This document shows, in pieces, positions 29,608-40,599 of a DNA stretch of 64,000 nt. Origin of the DNA: Gammaproteobacteria bacterium. GTDB lineage: Bacteria; Pseudomonadota; Gammaproteobacteria; Eutrophobiales; Eutrophobiaceae. The stretch is taken from contig OZ220714.1 in the NCBI GenBank assembly GCA_965116585.1, positions 159,651 to 223,650 on the forward strand. Direction: 5' to 3'. The position numbers were made by a program, and so were the translations under genes. The notes under the pieces are model-generated. The model ran no database searches. It was not told the DNA's origin and worked only from the letters and a program-made list of their open reading frames with translations. The number at the start of each line of letters is the position of its first letter. Position 1 is the first letter of the stretch.

Positions 29608-30984
29608 TCACTCCAGGGAGCGTAATGCCTCGATTGCCTGGCTCAGCTTCCTTACCGGGGTTACCTTGAGTTTTCCCGGCGTTTTTTTGGGGGCGTTGGC
29701 AGCGGGGATGATAGCCCTGTCAAAGCCGTGTTTCTGTGCTTCCTTAAGGCGTTCCAGGCCCTCTTGCACGGGCCTGATCTCACCGGTGAGGCCGACCTCA
29801 CCGAAGACGACCAGCTTGTCTGCCGGGGGTTGATTATGCAGGCTGGACAGCACTGCCACCAGGACGGCCAGATCCGCGGCCGTCTCATTCAGCCTGACGC
29901 CGCCGGCCACGTTGACGAACACGTCCTGGTCATACGTGGCCACCCCGGCGTGCCGGTGCAGGACAGCCAGTAACATGGATAAGCGGTTTTGCTCCAGACC
30001 GACCGTTACCCGGCGCGGTTGCTGGCCGTGGCACGGGTCCACCAGGGCCTGCACTTCCACCAGCAGTGGGCGGCTGCCCTCGCGGGTAACGAGGATGGCA
30101 GTGCCCGGCGCCGGTTCGCCGTGGTTCGACAGGAAGATGGCGGACGGGTTGCTGACTTCGCGCAAGCCCTTGTCGGTCATGGCGAACACGCCGAGCTCAT
30201 TCACCGCGCCGTAACGGTTCTTGACCGCGCGGATCATGCGGTAGCGGCTATTGTTGTCGCCCTCAAAATACAACACCGTATCCACCATGTGTTCCAGCAC
30301 CCTGGGCCCTGCCAGGGCGCCCTCCTTGGTGACGTGCCCCACCAGGAAAACCATGGTTTGTGTCTGTTTGGCATAGCGTACCAGCCTGGCTGCACACTCG
30401 CGCACCTGGGCGACCGAACCGGGCGCGGACTGCAATGTTTCGGAAAAGACCGTTTGGATGGAATCCACCACGAGCACCCGCGGCTGATGTTCCCCGGCGG
30501 CGCTGAAGATGTGTTCCAGCAGGTTCTCGGCCAGCACGTGCAAGCCCGCTGCGGGCAGTCCCAGCCGGTTGGCGCGCAGGCTGACCTGCTCTACCGATTC
30601 TTCCCCGGTGACGTACAAGGTGTTGAGGCCGCCGTCCCGGCTTAACGCGGACAGGGCTTGCAACAACAAAGTGGATTTGCCGATACCCGGGTCGCCGCCC
30701 AGCAATACTACCGACGCGCTGACCAGGCCGCCGCCCAGGGAACGGTCCAGCTCCCTGGAACCGGTTGACATGCGCGGTTGTTGCGCCAGGTCAACCTCAT
30801 CCAGTTTGCGGATGTCCGCGCGCGCGGACAGGTGGGACTGAAACCGCCCGGCGCCCGGCGACTGCTCCGCCGCGGCGACCTCGCTCAACGTATTCCAGGC
30901 GTTACACTCCGTGCATTGTCCGGTCCACTTGGGCGCGTGCGCGCCACATTCACTGCACTGGTATTGGATTTTAGTTTTTGCCAT
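29608..30984 (-). CDS. radA: DNA repair protein RadA/Sms
   Basis: Zn finger CSECG...CTECNAWNT, GDPGIGKST, KNRYG, GEVGLTGE. Confidence 0.97.
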   Translation of the reverse strand: MAKTKIQYQCSECGAHAPKWTGQCTECNAWNTLSEVAAAEQSPGAGRFQSHLSARADIRKLDEVDLAQQPRMSTGSRELDRSLGGGLVSASVVLLGGDPGIGKSTLLLQALSALSRDGGLNTLYVTGEESVEQVSLRANRLGLPAAGLHVLAENLLEHIFSAAGEHQPRVLVVDSIQTVFSETLQSAPGSVAQVRECAARLVRYAKQTQTMVFLVGHVTKEGALAGPRVLEHMVDTVLYFEGDNNSRYRMIRAVKNRYGAVNELGVFAMTDKGLREVSNPSAIFLSNHGEPAPGTAILVTREGSRPLLVEVQALVDPCHGQQPRRVTVGLEQNRLSMLLAVLHRHAGVATYDQDVFVNVAGGVRLNETAADLAVLVAVLSSLHNQPPADKLVVFGEVGLTGEIRPVQEGLERLKEAQKHGFDRAIIPAANAPKKTPGKLKVTPVRKLSQAIEALRSLE

Positions 30985-32056
30985 GTTCCACAAACTCCAG
31001 GCGTTTGTGCACGCCGCACAGCACTTCATAGGGGACGGTGCCGGCGCCGGCGGCGGTCTCTTCCACGGGCAAACCGTTACCCCACAGCAATACCGGGTCG
31101 CCGGGCCGGGCATCCGGGCAGCCGCGCAGGTCCAGCGTGATCATGTCCATGGACGGTTTTCCTATCAGCGCGCAGGCCTGGTCCCTGACCAGGATGCGCG
31201 TGCCGGCCCCGGCATGACGCGGGTAGCCGTCGCCATAGCCCGCGGCCACTACGCCTACCGGCATGGGTTCCGGGCAACGCCAGCTTGCGCCATAGCCCAC
31301 GGGTTCGCCGCGTTGCAGGTGTTTCACGGAAATCAGCGCAGAGACCAGCGTCATTGCGGGTTTCAGGCCCAACCCGGAGCCGGTCTGCCCGTCCAGCGGG
31401 GACACCCCGTACAACATCAGGCCGGGGCGGACCCAGTCCAGGCAGTAGTCTCGCCGGCTTATCAGCGCCGCGGAATTTGCCAGGGATTTCTCGGCACGGC
31501 AGGATTCGGTCGCTTTGAAAAAGACCTCTGCCTGCCGCTGCGTCATGGGGTTATCAAGTTCATTGGCGCAGGCCAGGTGGCTGATGCAACGGACGTTGTC
31601 AGCCACACCCCAGTGCCGGCGCAGTCTTTCCCACACCTCAGGCACCTGTTCCGGCGCAAAACCCAGGCGATGCATGCCGCTGTCCACCTTGAGCCAGACC
31701 TTGACGGGTACGCTGAGACCGGCCTGGTCCAGCAGTTCCAGTTGAAACGGGTGGTGCACCACGATATCGAGACGCAGGCGCTGTATCTCGGCCAGTTCAT
31801 TGGCGTCGTAAGGGCCTTCCAGCAACAGGATACGTTGCCTGAGCCCCGCCTGCCTTATTTGCCGGGCCTCCTCCAGGCAGGCGACACCGAATGCATCGGC
31901 GTGCTTGAGTGTGCGCGCCACCCGGCTGATGCCGTGCCCGTAGGCGTCGGCCTTGACGATGGCCATGACTTTGCTGTCAGGAGCATAATCCCTGGCCCGG
32001 GCCAGGTTATGGCGTAGCGCGGCCAGGTCTATGATCACCCTGGCGGGGCGGCTCAT
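30971..32056 (-). CDS. alr: Alanine racemase
   Basis: AIVKADAYGHG PLP motif, DSGMHRLG, VRPGLMLYG, GYGDG. Confidence 0.96.
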   Translation of the reverse strand: MSRPARVIIDLAALRHNLARARDYAPDSKVMAIVKADAYGHGISRVARTLKHADAFGVACLEEARQIRQAGLRQRILLLEGPYDANELAEIQRLRLDIVVHHPFQLELLDQAGLSVPVKVWLKVDSGMHRLGFAPEQVPEVWERLRRHWGVADNVRCISHLACANELDNPMTQRQAEVFFKATESCRAEKSLANSAALISRRDYCLDWVRPGLMLYGVSPLDGQTGSGLGLKPAMTLVSALISVKHLQRGEPVGYGASWRCPEPMPVGVVAAGYGDGYPRHAGAGTRILVRDQACALIGKPSMDMITLDLRGCPDARPGDPVLLWGNGLPVEETAAGAGTVPYEVLCGVHKRLEFVEHGKN

Positions 32057-33447
32057 TCATCCATGCCCGACATATATGAAGGTTCTTCGATATGGTTCTC
32101 AAAGCGGGTGAACTGGCCGAGGAAAGCCAGTTTCACCATGCCGATGGGGCCGTTACGCTGCTTGCCGATGATGATCTCGGCGACACCCTTGTCCGCAGAG
32201 TCTTCGTTATAGACCTCATCGCGGTAGATGAACACGATAACGTCGGCATCCTGTTCAATGGCGCCGGATTCACGCAGGTCGGACATGACCGGACGTTTGT
32301 TGGGGCGCTGCTCCAGGCTGCGGTTCAACTGCGACAGAGCTACCACGGGGACGCTGAGTTCCTTAGCCATGGCTTTTAACGACCGCGAAATCTCGGAAAT
32401 TTCAGTGGCCCGGTTCTCTATTGTGCCGGGGATCTGCATCAATTGCAGGTAATCGATGATGATCAGGTCCAGGTTGTGCTCCCTGGTCAGGCGCCGGCAC
32501 CGGGCCCGCAATTCCGCCGGAGTCAGCGCCGGCGTGTCATCGATAAACAGTTTTTTTCCGTCCAGCAGTTTTACCGCTGAGCTAAGCCGCGGCCAGTCAT
32601 CTTCATGCAATTGGCCGGTGCGCACCTTGTGTTGGTCCACCCGTCCCAGTGATGACATCATGCGCATGGCCAGTTGTTCGCCCGGCATTTCCATGCTGAA
32701 AACCACTACAGACAGCTCCTCCTTGATGACCGCGTGCTCGGCGATATTGACGGCAAACGCGGTCTTGCCCATGGAGGGCCTGCCGGCGATGATGATGAGG
32801 TCGGAATTCTGCAAGCCGGCGGTGCGTTCGTCAAAATCCTCGAAGCCGGTGGCAATGCCGGTGACCGGCGTTTGCTTGCGGTAGAGCTCATCCACCCGCT
32901 CCAGGGCGCCGCTCAGCAGGGTCGTGATGTTTTCATACGCACGTTTCCCTCTGGCTTCGCGCTCGGCAATCTCGAATATGGTCTGCTCGGCAGAATCAAG
33001 CACCTGTTCGCTGCTCATGCCCCTGGGATTGAACACCGTTTCATTAATCTCTACGGTCGCGGAGATCAGGCGCCTGAGGATGGAACGCTTGCGCACGATA
33101 TCCGCATAAACGGCGACATTGCTGGCGGAGGGGGTGTTATCGGCCAGCGCGGCCAGGTAGGACAGGCCGCCGGCGTCATCCAGTTTTTGGTGGGATTCCA
33201 GCCATTCGGCCACCGTCACCAGGTCAAACGGCTTGCCCTCAGCATCCAGGTCATGGATGGCGTCGAAGATGATCTTGTGATCCTGGCGGTAAAAATCATC
33301 AGCCCGCACACGCTCCACGACCTTGATCAGCGCATCCCGGTCCAGGAACAGGCTGCCCAGCACCGATTGTTCGGCTTCAATGGAATGGGGCGGGATTTTC
33401 AGCGCCCGCGTTTCCGGGTCTGGCGTGCTGTATGCGGGTTCAGGCAT
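32053..33447 (-). CDS. dnaB: Replicative DNA helicase
   Basis: PPHSIEAEQSVLG, AGRPSMGKT, IDYLQL, SDLRESGAIEQDAD, KQRNGP. Confidence 0.98.
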   Translation of the reverse strand: MPEPAYSTPDPETRALKIPPHSIEAEQSVLGSLFLDRDALIKVVERVRADDFYRQDHKIIFDAIHDLDAEGKPFDLVTVAEWLESHQKLDDAGGLSYLAALADNTPSASNVAVYADIVRKRSILRRLISATVEINETVFNPRGMSSEQVLDSAEQTIFEIAEREARGKRAYENITTLLSGALERVDELYRKQTPVTGIATGFEDFDERTAGLQNSDLIIIAGRPSMGKTAFAVNIAEHAVIKEELSVVVFSMEMPGEQLAMRMMSSLGRVDQHKVRTGQLHEDDWPRLSSAVKLLDGKKLFIDDTPALTPAELRARCRRLTREHNLDLIIIDYLQLMQIPGTIENRATEISEISRSLKAMAKELSVPVVALSQLNRSLEQRPNKRPVMSDLRESGAIEQDADVIVFIYRDEVYNEDSADKGVAEIIIGKQRNGPIGMVKLAFLGQFTRFENHIEEPSYMSGMDE

Positions 33448-33473
33448 TCATTCGTTCCCGAAGGGACACCTGC

Positions 33474-33938
33474 TCAGGCCGCATCCTGTTCCTGTTCTGC
33501 GATGATTTTCAACTTGAGACGGGCGTTTATGTCCGCATGCAAGTGCAGTTCTACCTCGTATTCTCCCAACGCCCTGAACGGCCCATCCGGCAACCTGACT
33601 TCATGCTTGGTGAGTTCCCCGCCGGCTGCCTGTGCCGCGTCGGCAATATCGCCGACACCCACTGAACCGTACAGCCGTTCATCGTCAACGACCTTCCTGG
33701 CCAGGGTCAGTTCCAGGGTATTGAGCGTCTCCGCCCGGGCCTGGGCACGGGCAAGCGTATTGGCTTGCGCTTTTTCAAGCTCTGCCCGTTGCGCCTCAAA
33801 CTTCTCTGCATTTTCCGGCGTGGCCGGCACCGCTTTTTTGCTTGGAATCAGATAATTCCGTCCGAAACCCGGCCTCACGTTGACCTGTTGGCCCAACTCG
33901 CCCAGTTTTTCGATTTTTTCCAGTAATATCACCTGCAT
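33474..33938 (-). CDS. rplI: 50S ribosomal protein L9
   Basis: MQVILLEKIEKLG...VRPGFGRNYLIP, LYGSVG. Confidence 0.97.
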   Translation of the reverse strand: MQVILLEKIEKLGELGQQVNVRPGFGRNYLIPSKKAVPATPENAEKFEAQRAELEKAQANTLARAQARAETLNTLELTLARKVVDDERLYGSVGVGDIADAAQAAGGELTKHEVRLPDGPFRALGEYEVELHLHADINARLKLKIIAEQEQDAA

Positions 33939-34053
33939 CGGATTACTCCCCAGTGTCATTCAAGTCCGTGGCGGACTCGTTCGTGGTTTTTTTCAAATAT
34001 AGCACAATCAGGCAGGCGCCTGTAACAATTAGCGGCGCCCGTGCAGCATGTCC

Positions 34054-34962
34054 CTATGGCTCCTTGTCCGTCACCTGTGCCGGCGTCCAACCCAGGCACG
34101 CGTTCACAAGGCCGACGCAGGTGACAAATAACAGGACATACGGGGGCAATACAAAGAAAGTCCCATACAGGCCAAACGAGCCAATCCTGGGAATACCCCG
34201 TGTATAAAAATAATAATGCAGCACCGACAAGCCCTGGAAGAGGTACAGGATTAACAGCAGGATCGCCGTATCCCGGATCATCATCGGTACCAGGGTCGGC
34301 ACCACCAGCAAGCACAACAGGCTGAGCAGGGTGGCAAACACCAGCGTGCGCGGCAGCCTCAAGGCATGAAACTCTTCCCTGAAGCCACCCGGGTTGAACA
34401 GCGCCGACTGCCACCAGCGCGCGATCAGCAAGGTGACGATCAGGCTGATCACAAAACCAGAGGCGAAAATTGCCGACAACAGTGAGCTGATGAACCCGTT
34501 TGCCTGCTCAAGCTGTGCCGGGTCCAGTTCGGACAAGCCAAAGTCCTGCAAGCGTTGAAACAGGTCCTGCCACCAGTTCTGCAGGTCTTCCAGCATGATG
34601 TGCAGCAGTGCGGTAAAGAACACGCCCGCAGTCCCGGCAGACAGTACCATCAGGCCCTGGGACGGGTACTTGCGCAGCATGTGGGAGCAGAACAGCACCG
34701 GCGCCCAGACCGTAATCAGGAACGCCAGCGGCAGCGCCGGTGACACATTCGACACCAGTGCAAGCAGCATGATCAGCCCCAGGCTGAGCACGGTTACCTG
34801 CACACCGGCAACAACACCTCTGCGCAACGTCACCAGCGCCAGCGGGGCGCCGCTGAGGAAATAGGAAAATACGGGAAGGACTGTTCCCAGCGCAGTCAAT
34901 ACAGTGATTGTCAGGGCTGCATGAATGCGTGTTTTCAGCAGGAAGTTACCAAGTGCCTTCAT
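34054..34962 (-). CDS. DUF2232/YybS family membrane protein
   Basis: Multi-TM protein with ARWWQSALFNPGGFREEFHALRLP; canonical position between rpsR and rplI. Confidence 0.85.
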   Translation of the reverse strand: MKALGNFLLKTRIHAALTITVLTALGTVLPVFSYFLSGAPLALVTLRRGVVAGVQVTVLSLGLIMLLALVSNVSPALPLAFLITVWAPVLFCSHMLRKYPSQGLMVLSAGTAGVFFTALLHIMLEDLQNWWQDLFQRLQDFGLSELDPAQLEQANGFISSLLSAIFASGFVISLIVTLLIARWWQSALFNPGGFREEFHALRLPRTLVFATLLSLLCLLVVPTLVPMMIRDTAILLLILYLFQGLSVLHYYFYTRGIPRIGSFGLYGTFFVLPPYVLLFVTCVGLVNACLGWTPAQVTDKEP

Positions 34963-35077
34963 GTCATGTGCTTGCCTCAGGCGCCCCCGTTGGAGAGCCG
35001 GGACCAGGCGTTGCAAGCCTGCCTCTCATGAGTTCCAGGCGTGTAACACGCTGCAACCGGCGCGCGCCGACCGCGGC

Positions 35078-35302
35078 TTAATGGGCGTCGCTGTACGGCA
35101 GCAATGACAGGTATCTTGCTCTCTTGATTGCCGTAGCCAACTGCCGCTGGTACCTTGCCTTGGTGCCGGAGATCCTGCTTGGCACAATCTTGCCTGTTTC
35201 CGTGACATATGCTTTCAAGGTATTGATATCCTTGTAATCAATCTCTTCTATGCCTTCTGCAGAAAATTTGCAGTAACGTTTTCTTCTGAAATATCTTGCC
35301 AT
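35078..35302 (-). CDS. rpsR: 30S ribosomal protein S18
   Basis: IDYKD...[31 protein letters not shown]. Confidence 0.98.
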   Translation of the reverse strand: MARYFRRKRYCKFSAEGIEEIDYKDINTLKAYVTETGKIVPSRISGTKARYQRQLATAIKRARYLSLLPYSDAH

Positions 35303-35374
35303 CTTTCACCCGGTTCGTCGTAGCTGTTCTTGAAGTGCTGTGTCTCCCGGTTCACCGGGACGTTCCACTGCCTG

Positions 35375-35902
35375 TCAAGCGTCTGTTTCGGTTTCTGTTG
35401 CGGCCGTTGTTTCGGCTTCCGTCTCGTCTGTTGCCGCAGGCGTCTCGGCCCCGTCCGTAGCCGCCTCGGTGGCTGCCCCGGGGTCGGGTTCGGCCTCGGT
35501 CTCCTCTGCTTCCGCAGACGCGCTGTCGTCAGTGGCAGGGCCAGGCTCGTGCTTGCGCTCGTGCTCGTGCTCCTGTTCCTGCTCCCTGGATTTCACCAGC
35601 GGGGAAGGTTCCGTGGCCGCCGTGTCCCGGCGAAAGATAAGGTCCCGGATCACCGCGTCATTGAACCTGAACGCGTTGTTTAACTGGTCCAGGGCGGCCT
35701 GGTCACACTCGATATTCATTAACACATAGTGTGCCTTGTGGACCTTGTTGATAGGGTAAGCCAACTGGCGCCGGCCCCAGTCTTCCAGGCGGTGTATGCT
35801 GCCCTGGCCGGACTCGATCATGGCGCGATAGCGCTCGATCATGGCAGGGACCTGCTCACTCTGGTCCGGGTGGACCAGAAATACAACTTCATAATGTCTC
35901 AT
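35375..35902 (-). CDS. rpsF: 30S ribosomal protein S6 with a long acidic tail
   Basis: [39 protein letters not shown]. Confidence 0.98.
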   Translation of the reverse strand: MRHYEVVFLVHPDQSEQVPAMIERYRAMIESGQGSIHRLEDWGRRQLAYPINKVHKAHYVLMNIECDQAALDQLNNAFRFNDAVIRDLIFRRDTAATEPSPLVKSREQEQEHEHERKHEPGPATDDSASAEAEETEAEPDPGAATEAATDGAETPAATDETEAETTAATETETDA

Positions 35903-35908
35903 GATTAA

Positions 35909-35950
35909 TCCTCATGGGTGGAGCCTCCCGTCATGGCGGTGAGGCAAGGA
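35909..35950 (-). promoter_or_regulatory. S6:S18 autoregulatory leader RNA (putative)
   Basis: On the - strand: tcctt-gcctc-accg..cgg-gaggc-tcca-CCC-atg-AGGA, i.e. a hairpin with a CCC bulge and anti-SD pairing directly before rpsF, matching the known S6:S18 leader layout. Confidence 0.6.
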
Positions 35951-35962
35951 TCAGGAAGGCGC

Positions 35963-35991
35963 AGTATATAGCAGCAATGCCGCAGATGCAA
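35963..35991 (-). promoter_or_regulatory. Sigma70-type promoter for the rpsF operon
   Basis: TTGCAT-17 nt-TATACT on the - strand. Confidence 0.6.
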
Positions 35992-36014
35992 ACTTCGGGG
36001 TTACAACATCGGGG

Positions 36015-36950
36015 TTACTCCATGGCATAGCCAAAGTGCTGTTTGAATAAATCCGCAAATTCCTGTTGCTCAAACCGGTGGTTCTGTGTGCCGCGCACTT
36101 CGATTTTGATTTTCCCCAGCAGGGAGGCAATGCGTCCGGTAGTCTCCCAGTCCAGGTCGCGCATCAGGCCGTGGATCAGGCCGGCGCGGTAAGCATCGCC
36201 GCACCCGGTGGGGTCAATCGGGCGCTCAGTGCGCGCCGGGGGAATGTCGATTTGCCCGGTGCGGGTGTGGATAATCGAGCCGGACGCGCCGCGGGTAATG
36301 ATCAGGCTGTCCACCCTGTCCAGCACACTGCTGCGCGTCAAGCCGGTCTTGTCTTCAACCAGTTGCCACTCGTAGTCGTTGAAGACCAGCCAGGTCGCAT
36401 ACTCAAAACTGTCCAGCAGTTCATCCCGGGACAACACGGTCACGTTCTGTCCCGGATCGAAGATGAACGGAATATCCGCCTCGGCAAACTGCTGCGCATG
36501 CTGCAACATGCCCTCCTTGCCGTCCGGCGCAACGATGCCGATGCTGATATTCTGCGCCATGCCCACTTTGTTCTCGTGGGAACAGGCCATGGCCCCCACC
36601 TGGAAGGTAGTAATCTGGTTGTTGTCCCGGTCCGTGGTGATGAAACACTGTGGTGTGTAAGCGCCGTCAATCACGCGCAGGTGGCGCAGGTCCACCCCGT
36701 TCTGCTCCAGCCAGTTCCGGTAGGCGTCAAAATCAATCCCCACCGTACCCATGGGCAGGCAATCCGCCCCCAGCAACCCCGTGTTGTAAATGATATTGCC
36801 ACCACAACCACCAAACTCGCGCCGCAACTCGGGCACTACAAAACATACGTTCAGGATATGAATCTGGTCCGGCAGGATATCCTCCCGAAACCGCCCCGGA
36901 TACGCCATCAACTGGTCGTAGGCAAACGAACCGCAGATGAGGGCGGTCAT
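36015..36950 (-). CDS. PfkB-family carbohydrate kinase (adenosine kinase-like)
   Basis: GSFAYD, FGGCGGN, FDPGQ, DPTGCGDAYRAG. Confidence 0.9.
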   Translation of the reverse strand: MTALICGSFAYDQLMAYPGRFREDILPDQIHILNVCFVVPELRREFGGCGGNIIYNTGLLGADCLPMGTVGIDFDAYRNWLEQNGVDLRHLRVIDGAYTPQCFITTDRDNNQITTFQVGAMACSHENKVGMAQNISIGIVAPDGKEGMLQHAQQFAEADIPFIFDPGQNVTVLSRDELLDSFEYATWLVFNDYEWQLVEDKTGLTRSSVLDRVDSLIITRGASGSIIHTRTGQIDIPPARTERPIDPTGCGDAYRAGLIHGLMRDLDWETTGRIASLLGKIKIEVRGTQNHRFEQQEFADLFKQHFGYAME

Positions 36951-36999
36951 GTTTCAGTTCCCGGGCAACAGTGGATAGACGCCTGCAACCATGGCCGGA

Positions 37000-39882
37000 T
37001 CATAACATTTCCGCCTGTCTGGCTGCAGCCGTTGCCGGTACGTTATATTTCCCCAGTATCGGCGCCAGGTATTGGCCGGTGTGGGAATGGGGGCGCCGGG
37101 CGATGTCTTCCGGGGCGCCGGTGGCGATGATCTCGCCGCCGCCGTCGCCGCCTTCGGGGCCGAGGTCGATGATCCAGTCCGCGGTCTTGACCACGTCCAG
37201 GTTGTGTTCGATGACGACCACGGTGTTGCCGTGGTCGCGCAACTGGTGCAGCACGCGCAGCAACTGTTTGACGTCATGGAAATGCAGGCCGGTGGTGGGT
37301 TCGTCCAGTATGTACAAGGTCTGGCCGGTGTCGCGTTTGGACAGTTCCCGGGACAGTTTCACCCGTTGCGCTTCGCCGCCGGAGAGGGTGGTGGCGTTCT
37401 GGCCCAGGCGGATATAGGACAGGCCCACGTCCAGCAGGGTTTGCAGTTTGCGCGCGATGACGGGGACTGCGGAGAAGAATTCCCTGGCATCTTCCACTGT
37501 CATTTCCAGTATTTCATGGATGTTTTTGCCCTTGTACTGCACTTGCAGGGTTTCCCGGTTGTAGCGCTTGCCCTGGCACAGGTCGCACATTACGTAGATG
37601 TCCGGGAGGAAGTGCATTTCCACCTTGATCAAGCCGTCCCCCTGACAGGCTTCGCAGCGTCCACCCTTGACGTTGAAGCTGAAGCGGCCGGGCTTGTAAC
37701 CCCTGGTGCGCGCTTCCGGGGTGGCCGCGAACAGTTCCCGGATCGGGGTGAATAACCCGGTATACGTTGCCGGGTTGGAGCGTGGGGTGCGCCCGATGGG
37801 GCTTTGATTGATGTCTACCACCTTGTCGATATGCCTGAGACCGGAGATGGACTGGTAGGGCGCGGGCCGGGCGCCGGCGCGGTTGATCTCGCCGGCGGCA
37901 ATCCGGTACAAGGTGTCATTGATCAAGGTGGACTTGCCGGAGCCGGAAACGCCGGTAACGCAGGTCATCAAGCCCAACGGGAGTTCCAGTTGCACCGACT
38001 TCAGGTTGTTGCCGGTGGCGCCGTTGAGGATGATCACCTGCTCCGGGTCGGGCTTGATGCGCCGCGCCGGCAGCTCGATGCGTTGGCGCCCGGACAGGTA
38101 AGCGCCGGTCAGTGAATCCGCACAGCGGGCAACGTCTTCGGGACTGCCCTGCACGACCACCTCACCGCCGTGCACACCGGCGCCCGGCCCCATGTCGATA
38201 ACATGGTCGGCCGCGCTGATGGCCTCTTCGTCATGCTCGACGACGATCACCGTATTGCCCAGGTCGCGCAGTTGTTTCAGGGTCGCCAGCAGGCGCTTGT
38301 TGTCGCGTTGGTGCAAGCCGATGGACGGTTCGTCCAGCACGTACATGACGCCGACCAGTCCGGCGCCGATCTGGCTGGCCAGGCGGATACGCTGGGCCTC
38401 ACCCCCGGACAAGGTCTCGGCGCTGCGGTCCAGGGTCAGGTAATCCAGCCCCACGTTCACCAGGAAGCGCAACCGGTCCACCACTTCCTTCAATATGCGC
38501 ACGGCGATCTCGCCGCGCCGGCCCGGAATCACCAGGCGCTGGAAGAAGGTCTGTGCCTGCAGCACCGGCAAGGCTGTGATGGTGGGCAGGTTGAAGTTAT
38601 TGACGTACACGTGCCGGGCCGCTTCGTTCAGGCGCTGCCCGTCACAGTCAGGACAGGGCTGGCTGCTCTGGTAGCGGTTCAGGTCTTCCCGGATCATGGC
38701 GGATTCGGTTTCCCGGTAACGCCGCTGCATGTTTGGAATAACACCCTCGAAAGTATGGCTGCGCCGCACGATGCCGCGCTTGCTGTGCAGGTACTCAAAC
38801 CTGATTTCCTCGGCGCCGCTGCCGTACAGGATGACCTGTTTTACCGGTTCGTCCAGCGCGCCATACGGTGTCTCGATATTGAAACCATAGTGCTTGCCCA
38901 GCGATTTGATCAACTGGAAGTAATAGGCGTTGCGCCGGTCCCAGCCGCGGATGGCGCCGTCCGCCAGGCTCAGGCTGCGGTCCTGCACGATCTTGTCGGC
39001 GTCAAAAAACTGGATAACACCAAGGCCGTCACAACGGCCACAGGCGCCCACCGGATTATTGAACGAGAACAAGCGCGGTTCCAGCTCGCTCAGGCTGTAA
39101 CCGCATTCGGTGCAGGCGAAACGTGTGGAGAATACCAGGTCGTCAGCCCCGTCCTCCTCACCTTCCTCAGCCATGGCCGCCACGCACACCAGTCCGTCCG
39201 ACAGGCGCACCGCCGTCTCCAGGGATTCGGCCAGGCGCAGGCCGATGTCCGGGCGCACCCGAAAGCGGTCCACCACCACTTCAATCGTGTGTTTTTTGCG
39301 CAGTTCCAGCGCCGGCACGTGGTCCAGGTCCAGCACCTTGCCGTTCACGCGGGCGCGTACGAAACCTTCCGCGCGGATACGCTCCACGACCTGTATATGT
39401 TCCCCCTTGCGCTCCTGCACCACCGGCGCCAGCAGCATCAAGCGGCGCCCTTCCGGCTGTTCCAGTACCAGGTCTACCATCTGGCTGATGGTCTGGGCGG
39501 CCAGCGGGGTCTGGTGTTGCGGGCAACGCGGCTCCCCCACCCGGGCAAACAGCAGGCGCAGGTAATCATAGATTTCGGTGATGGTGCCGACAGTGGAGCG
39601 CGGGTTGTGCGAGGTCGATTTCTGCTCGATGCTGATGGCTGGGGAGAGCCCTTCTATATGATCCACGTCCGGCTTTTCCATCATGGACAGGAACTGCCTG
39701 GCGTACGCGGACAGGGATTCCACATAGCGGCGCTGGCCGTCGGCATAAATGGTGTCGAACGCCAGGGACGACTTGCCCGAACCGGACAGGCCGGTGATCA
39801 CAATCATCCGATCCCGCGGGAAATCCAGGTTGATATTCTTCAGGTTATGGGTCCTGGCGCCCCTGATCCGTATCGTGTCCAA
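37000..39882 (-). CDS. uvrA: Excinuclease ABC subunit A
   Basis: GARTHNLKN, two Walker A motifs [13 protein letters not shown] twice, Zn fingers. Confidence 0.98.
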   Translation of the reverse strand: MDTIRIRGARTHNLKNINLDFPRDRMIVITGLSGSGKSSLAFDTIYADGQRRYVESLSAYARQFLSMMEKPDVDHIEGLSPAISIEQKSTSHNPRSTVGTITEIYDYLRLLFARVGEPRCPQHQTPLAAQTISQMVDLVLEQPEGRRLMLLAPVVQERKGEHIQVVERIRAEGFVRARVNGKVLDLDHVPALELRKKHTIEVVVDRFRVRPDIGLRLAESLETAVRLSDGLVCVAAMAEEGEEDGADDLVFSTRFACTECGYSLSELEPRLFSFNNPVGACGRCDGLGVIQFFDADKIVQDRSLSLADGAIRGWDRRNAYYFQLIKSLGKHYGFNIETPYGALDEPVKQVILYGSGAEEIRFEYLHSKRGIVRRSHTFEGVIPNMQRRYRETESAMIREDLNRYQSSQPCPDCDGQRLNEAARHVYVNNFNLPTITALPVLQAQTFFQRLVIPGRRGEIAVRILKEVVDRLRFLVNVGLDYLTLDRSAETLSGGEAQRIRLASQIGAGLVGVMYVLDEPSIGLHQRDNKRLLATLKQLRDLGNTVIVVEHDEEAISAADHVIDMGPGAGVHGGEVVVQGSPEDVARCADSLTGAYLSGRQRIELPARRIKPDPEQVIILNGATGNNLKSVQLELPLGLMTCVTGVSGSGKSTLINDTLYRIAAGEINRAGARPAPYQSISGLRHIDKVVDINQSPIGRTPRSNPATYTGLFTPIRELFAATPEARTRGYKPGRFSFNVKGGRCEACQGDGLIKVEMHFLPDIYVMCDLCQGKRYNRETLQVQYKGKNIHEILEMTVEDAREFFSAVPVIARKLQTLLDVGLSYIRLGQNATTLSGGEAQRVKLSRELSKRDTGQTLYILDEPTTGLHFHDVKQLLRVLHQLRDHGNTVVVIEHNLDVVKTADWIIDLGPEGGDGGGEIIATGAPEDIARRPHSHTGQYLAPILGKYNVPATAAARQAEML

Positions 39883-40023
39883 CTTATTTGCCCGACAATG
39901 AATTAACCTGCTAATATAAGCGATGCCGGGCGCAAGTCCAACCCGGATGTATAACCGGGGAAACAGGCAGGCGTGCCGGCTTTGTGTTTATTCATCAATT
40001 CAAGCTTAGAAAGGAGAGGAGTT

Positions 40024-40494
40024 ATGGCCAGAGGAATCAATAAAGTCATCCTTATCGGGAACCTGGGAAACGACCCGGACGTAAGGTACACGTCGGGCGG
40101 CTCGCCTATCGCCAACGTCAGTCTGGCGACCACGGATTCGTGGCGGGACAAGGAATCGGGTGACCAGCAGGAACGCACCGAATGGCATCGCGTCGTTTTT
40201 TTCGGCCGGCTGGCGGAGATAGTATCGGAATATTTACGTAAAGGCTCCAAGGTCTATGTCGAAGGCCGCTTGCAGACGCGTAAATGGCAGGATCGGGACG
40301 GGAATGACCGCTACACCACCGAGATCGTGGGCAATGAGATGCAGATGCTCGACAGCAAGGGCGGCGGTGAGAACATTAGCCGCGCCCCGGCGCCGGCACA
40401 GGCGCCAAATCCGGCTGCCGGCAGCGCGCCGGCGCCGCGCAACAAGCCGCCCGGTAACGATGGGGAATTCGTTGACGACGATATTCCGTTTTGA
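40024..40494 (+). CDS. ssb: Single-stranded DNA-binding protein
   Basis: [21 protein letters not shown]-terminal DDDIPF; divergent from uvrA. Confidence 0.98.
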   Translation: MARGINKVILIGNLGNDPDVRYTSGGSPIANVSLATTDSWRDKESGDQQERTEWHRVVFFGRLAEIVSEYLRKGSKVYVEGRLQTRKWQDRDGNDRYTTEIVGNEMQMLDSKGGGENISRAPAPAQAPNPAAGSAPAPRNKPPGNDGEFVDDDIPF

Positions 40495-40517
40495 CGGGCT
40501 CAGCCAACCCTGATGCT

Positions 40518-40558
40518 GCGGGCGTCCAGCGCCGACTGTTAAACGACGCCCGCATTTG
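40518..40558 (+). terminator. Possible terminator after ssb
   Basis: gcgggcgtc...gacgcccgc 9-bp stem with a long loop, followed by attt. Confidence 0.35.
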
Positions 40559-40599
40559 GTTATAATGTACCGATTATGTCCCGATCATACTGATGCGCG

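Noticed and set aside
32053-33447. Possible intein in DnaB
   Set aside because: Normal length (464 aa) with contiguous motifs.
34038-34057. cccgtgcagcat...ccctat resembling part of the MITE
   Set aside because: The match is too short, with no element ends or TSD; it may be chance.
39883-40023. LexA (SOS) box between uvrA and ssb
   Set aside because: No CTGT-N8-ACAG match was found by eye.
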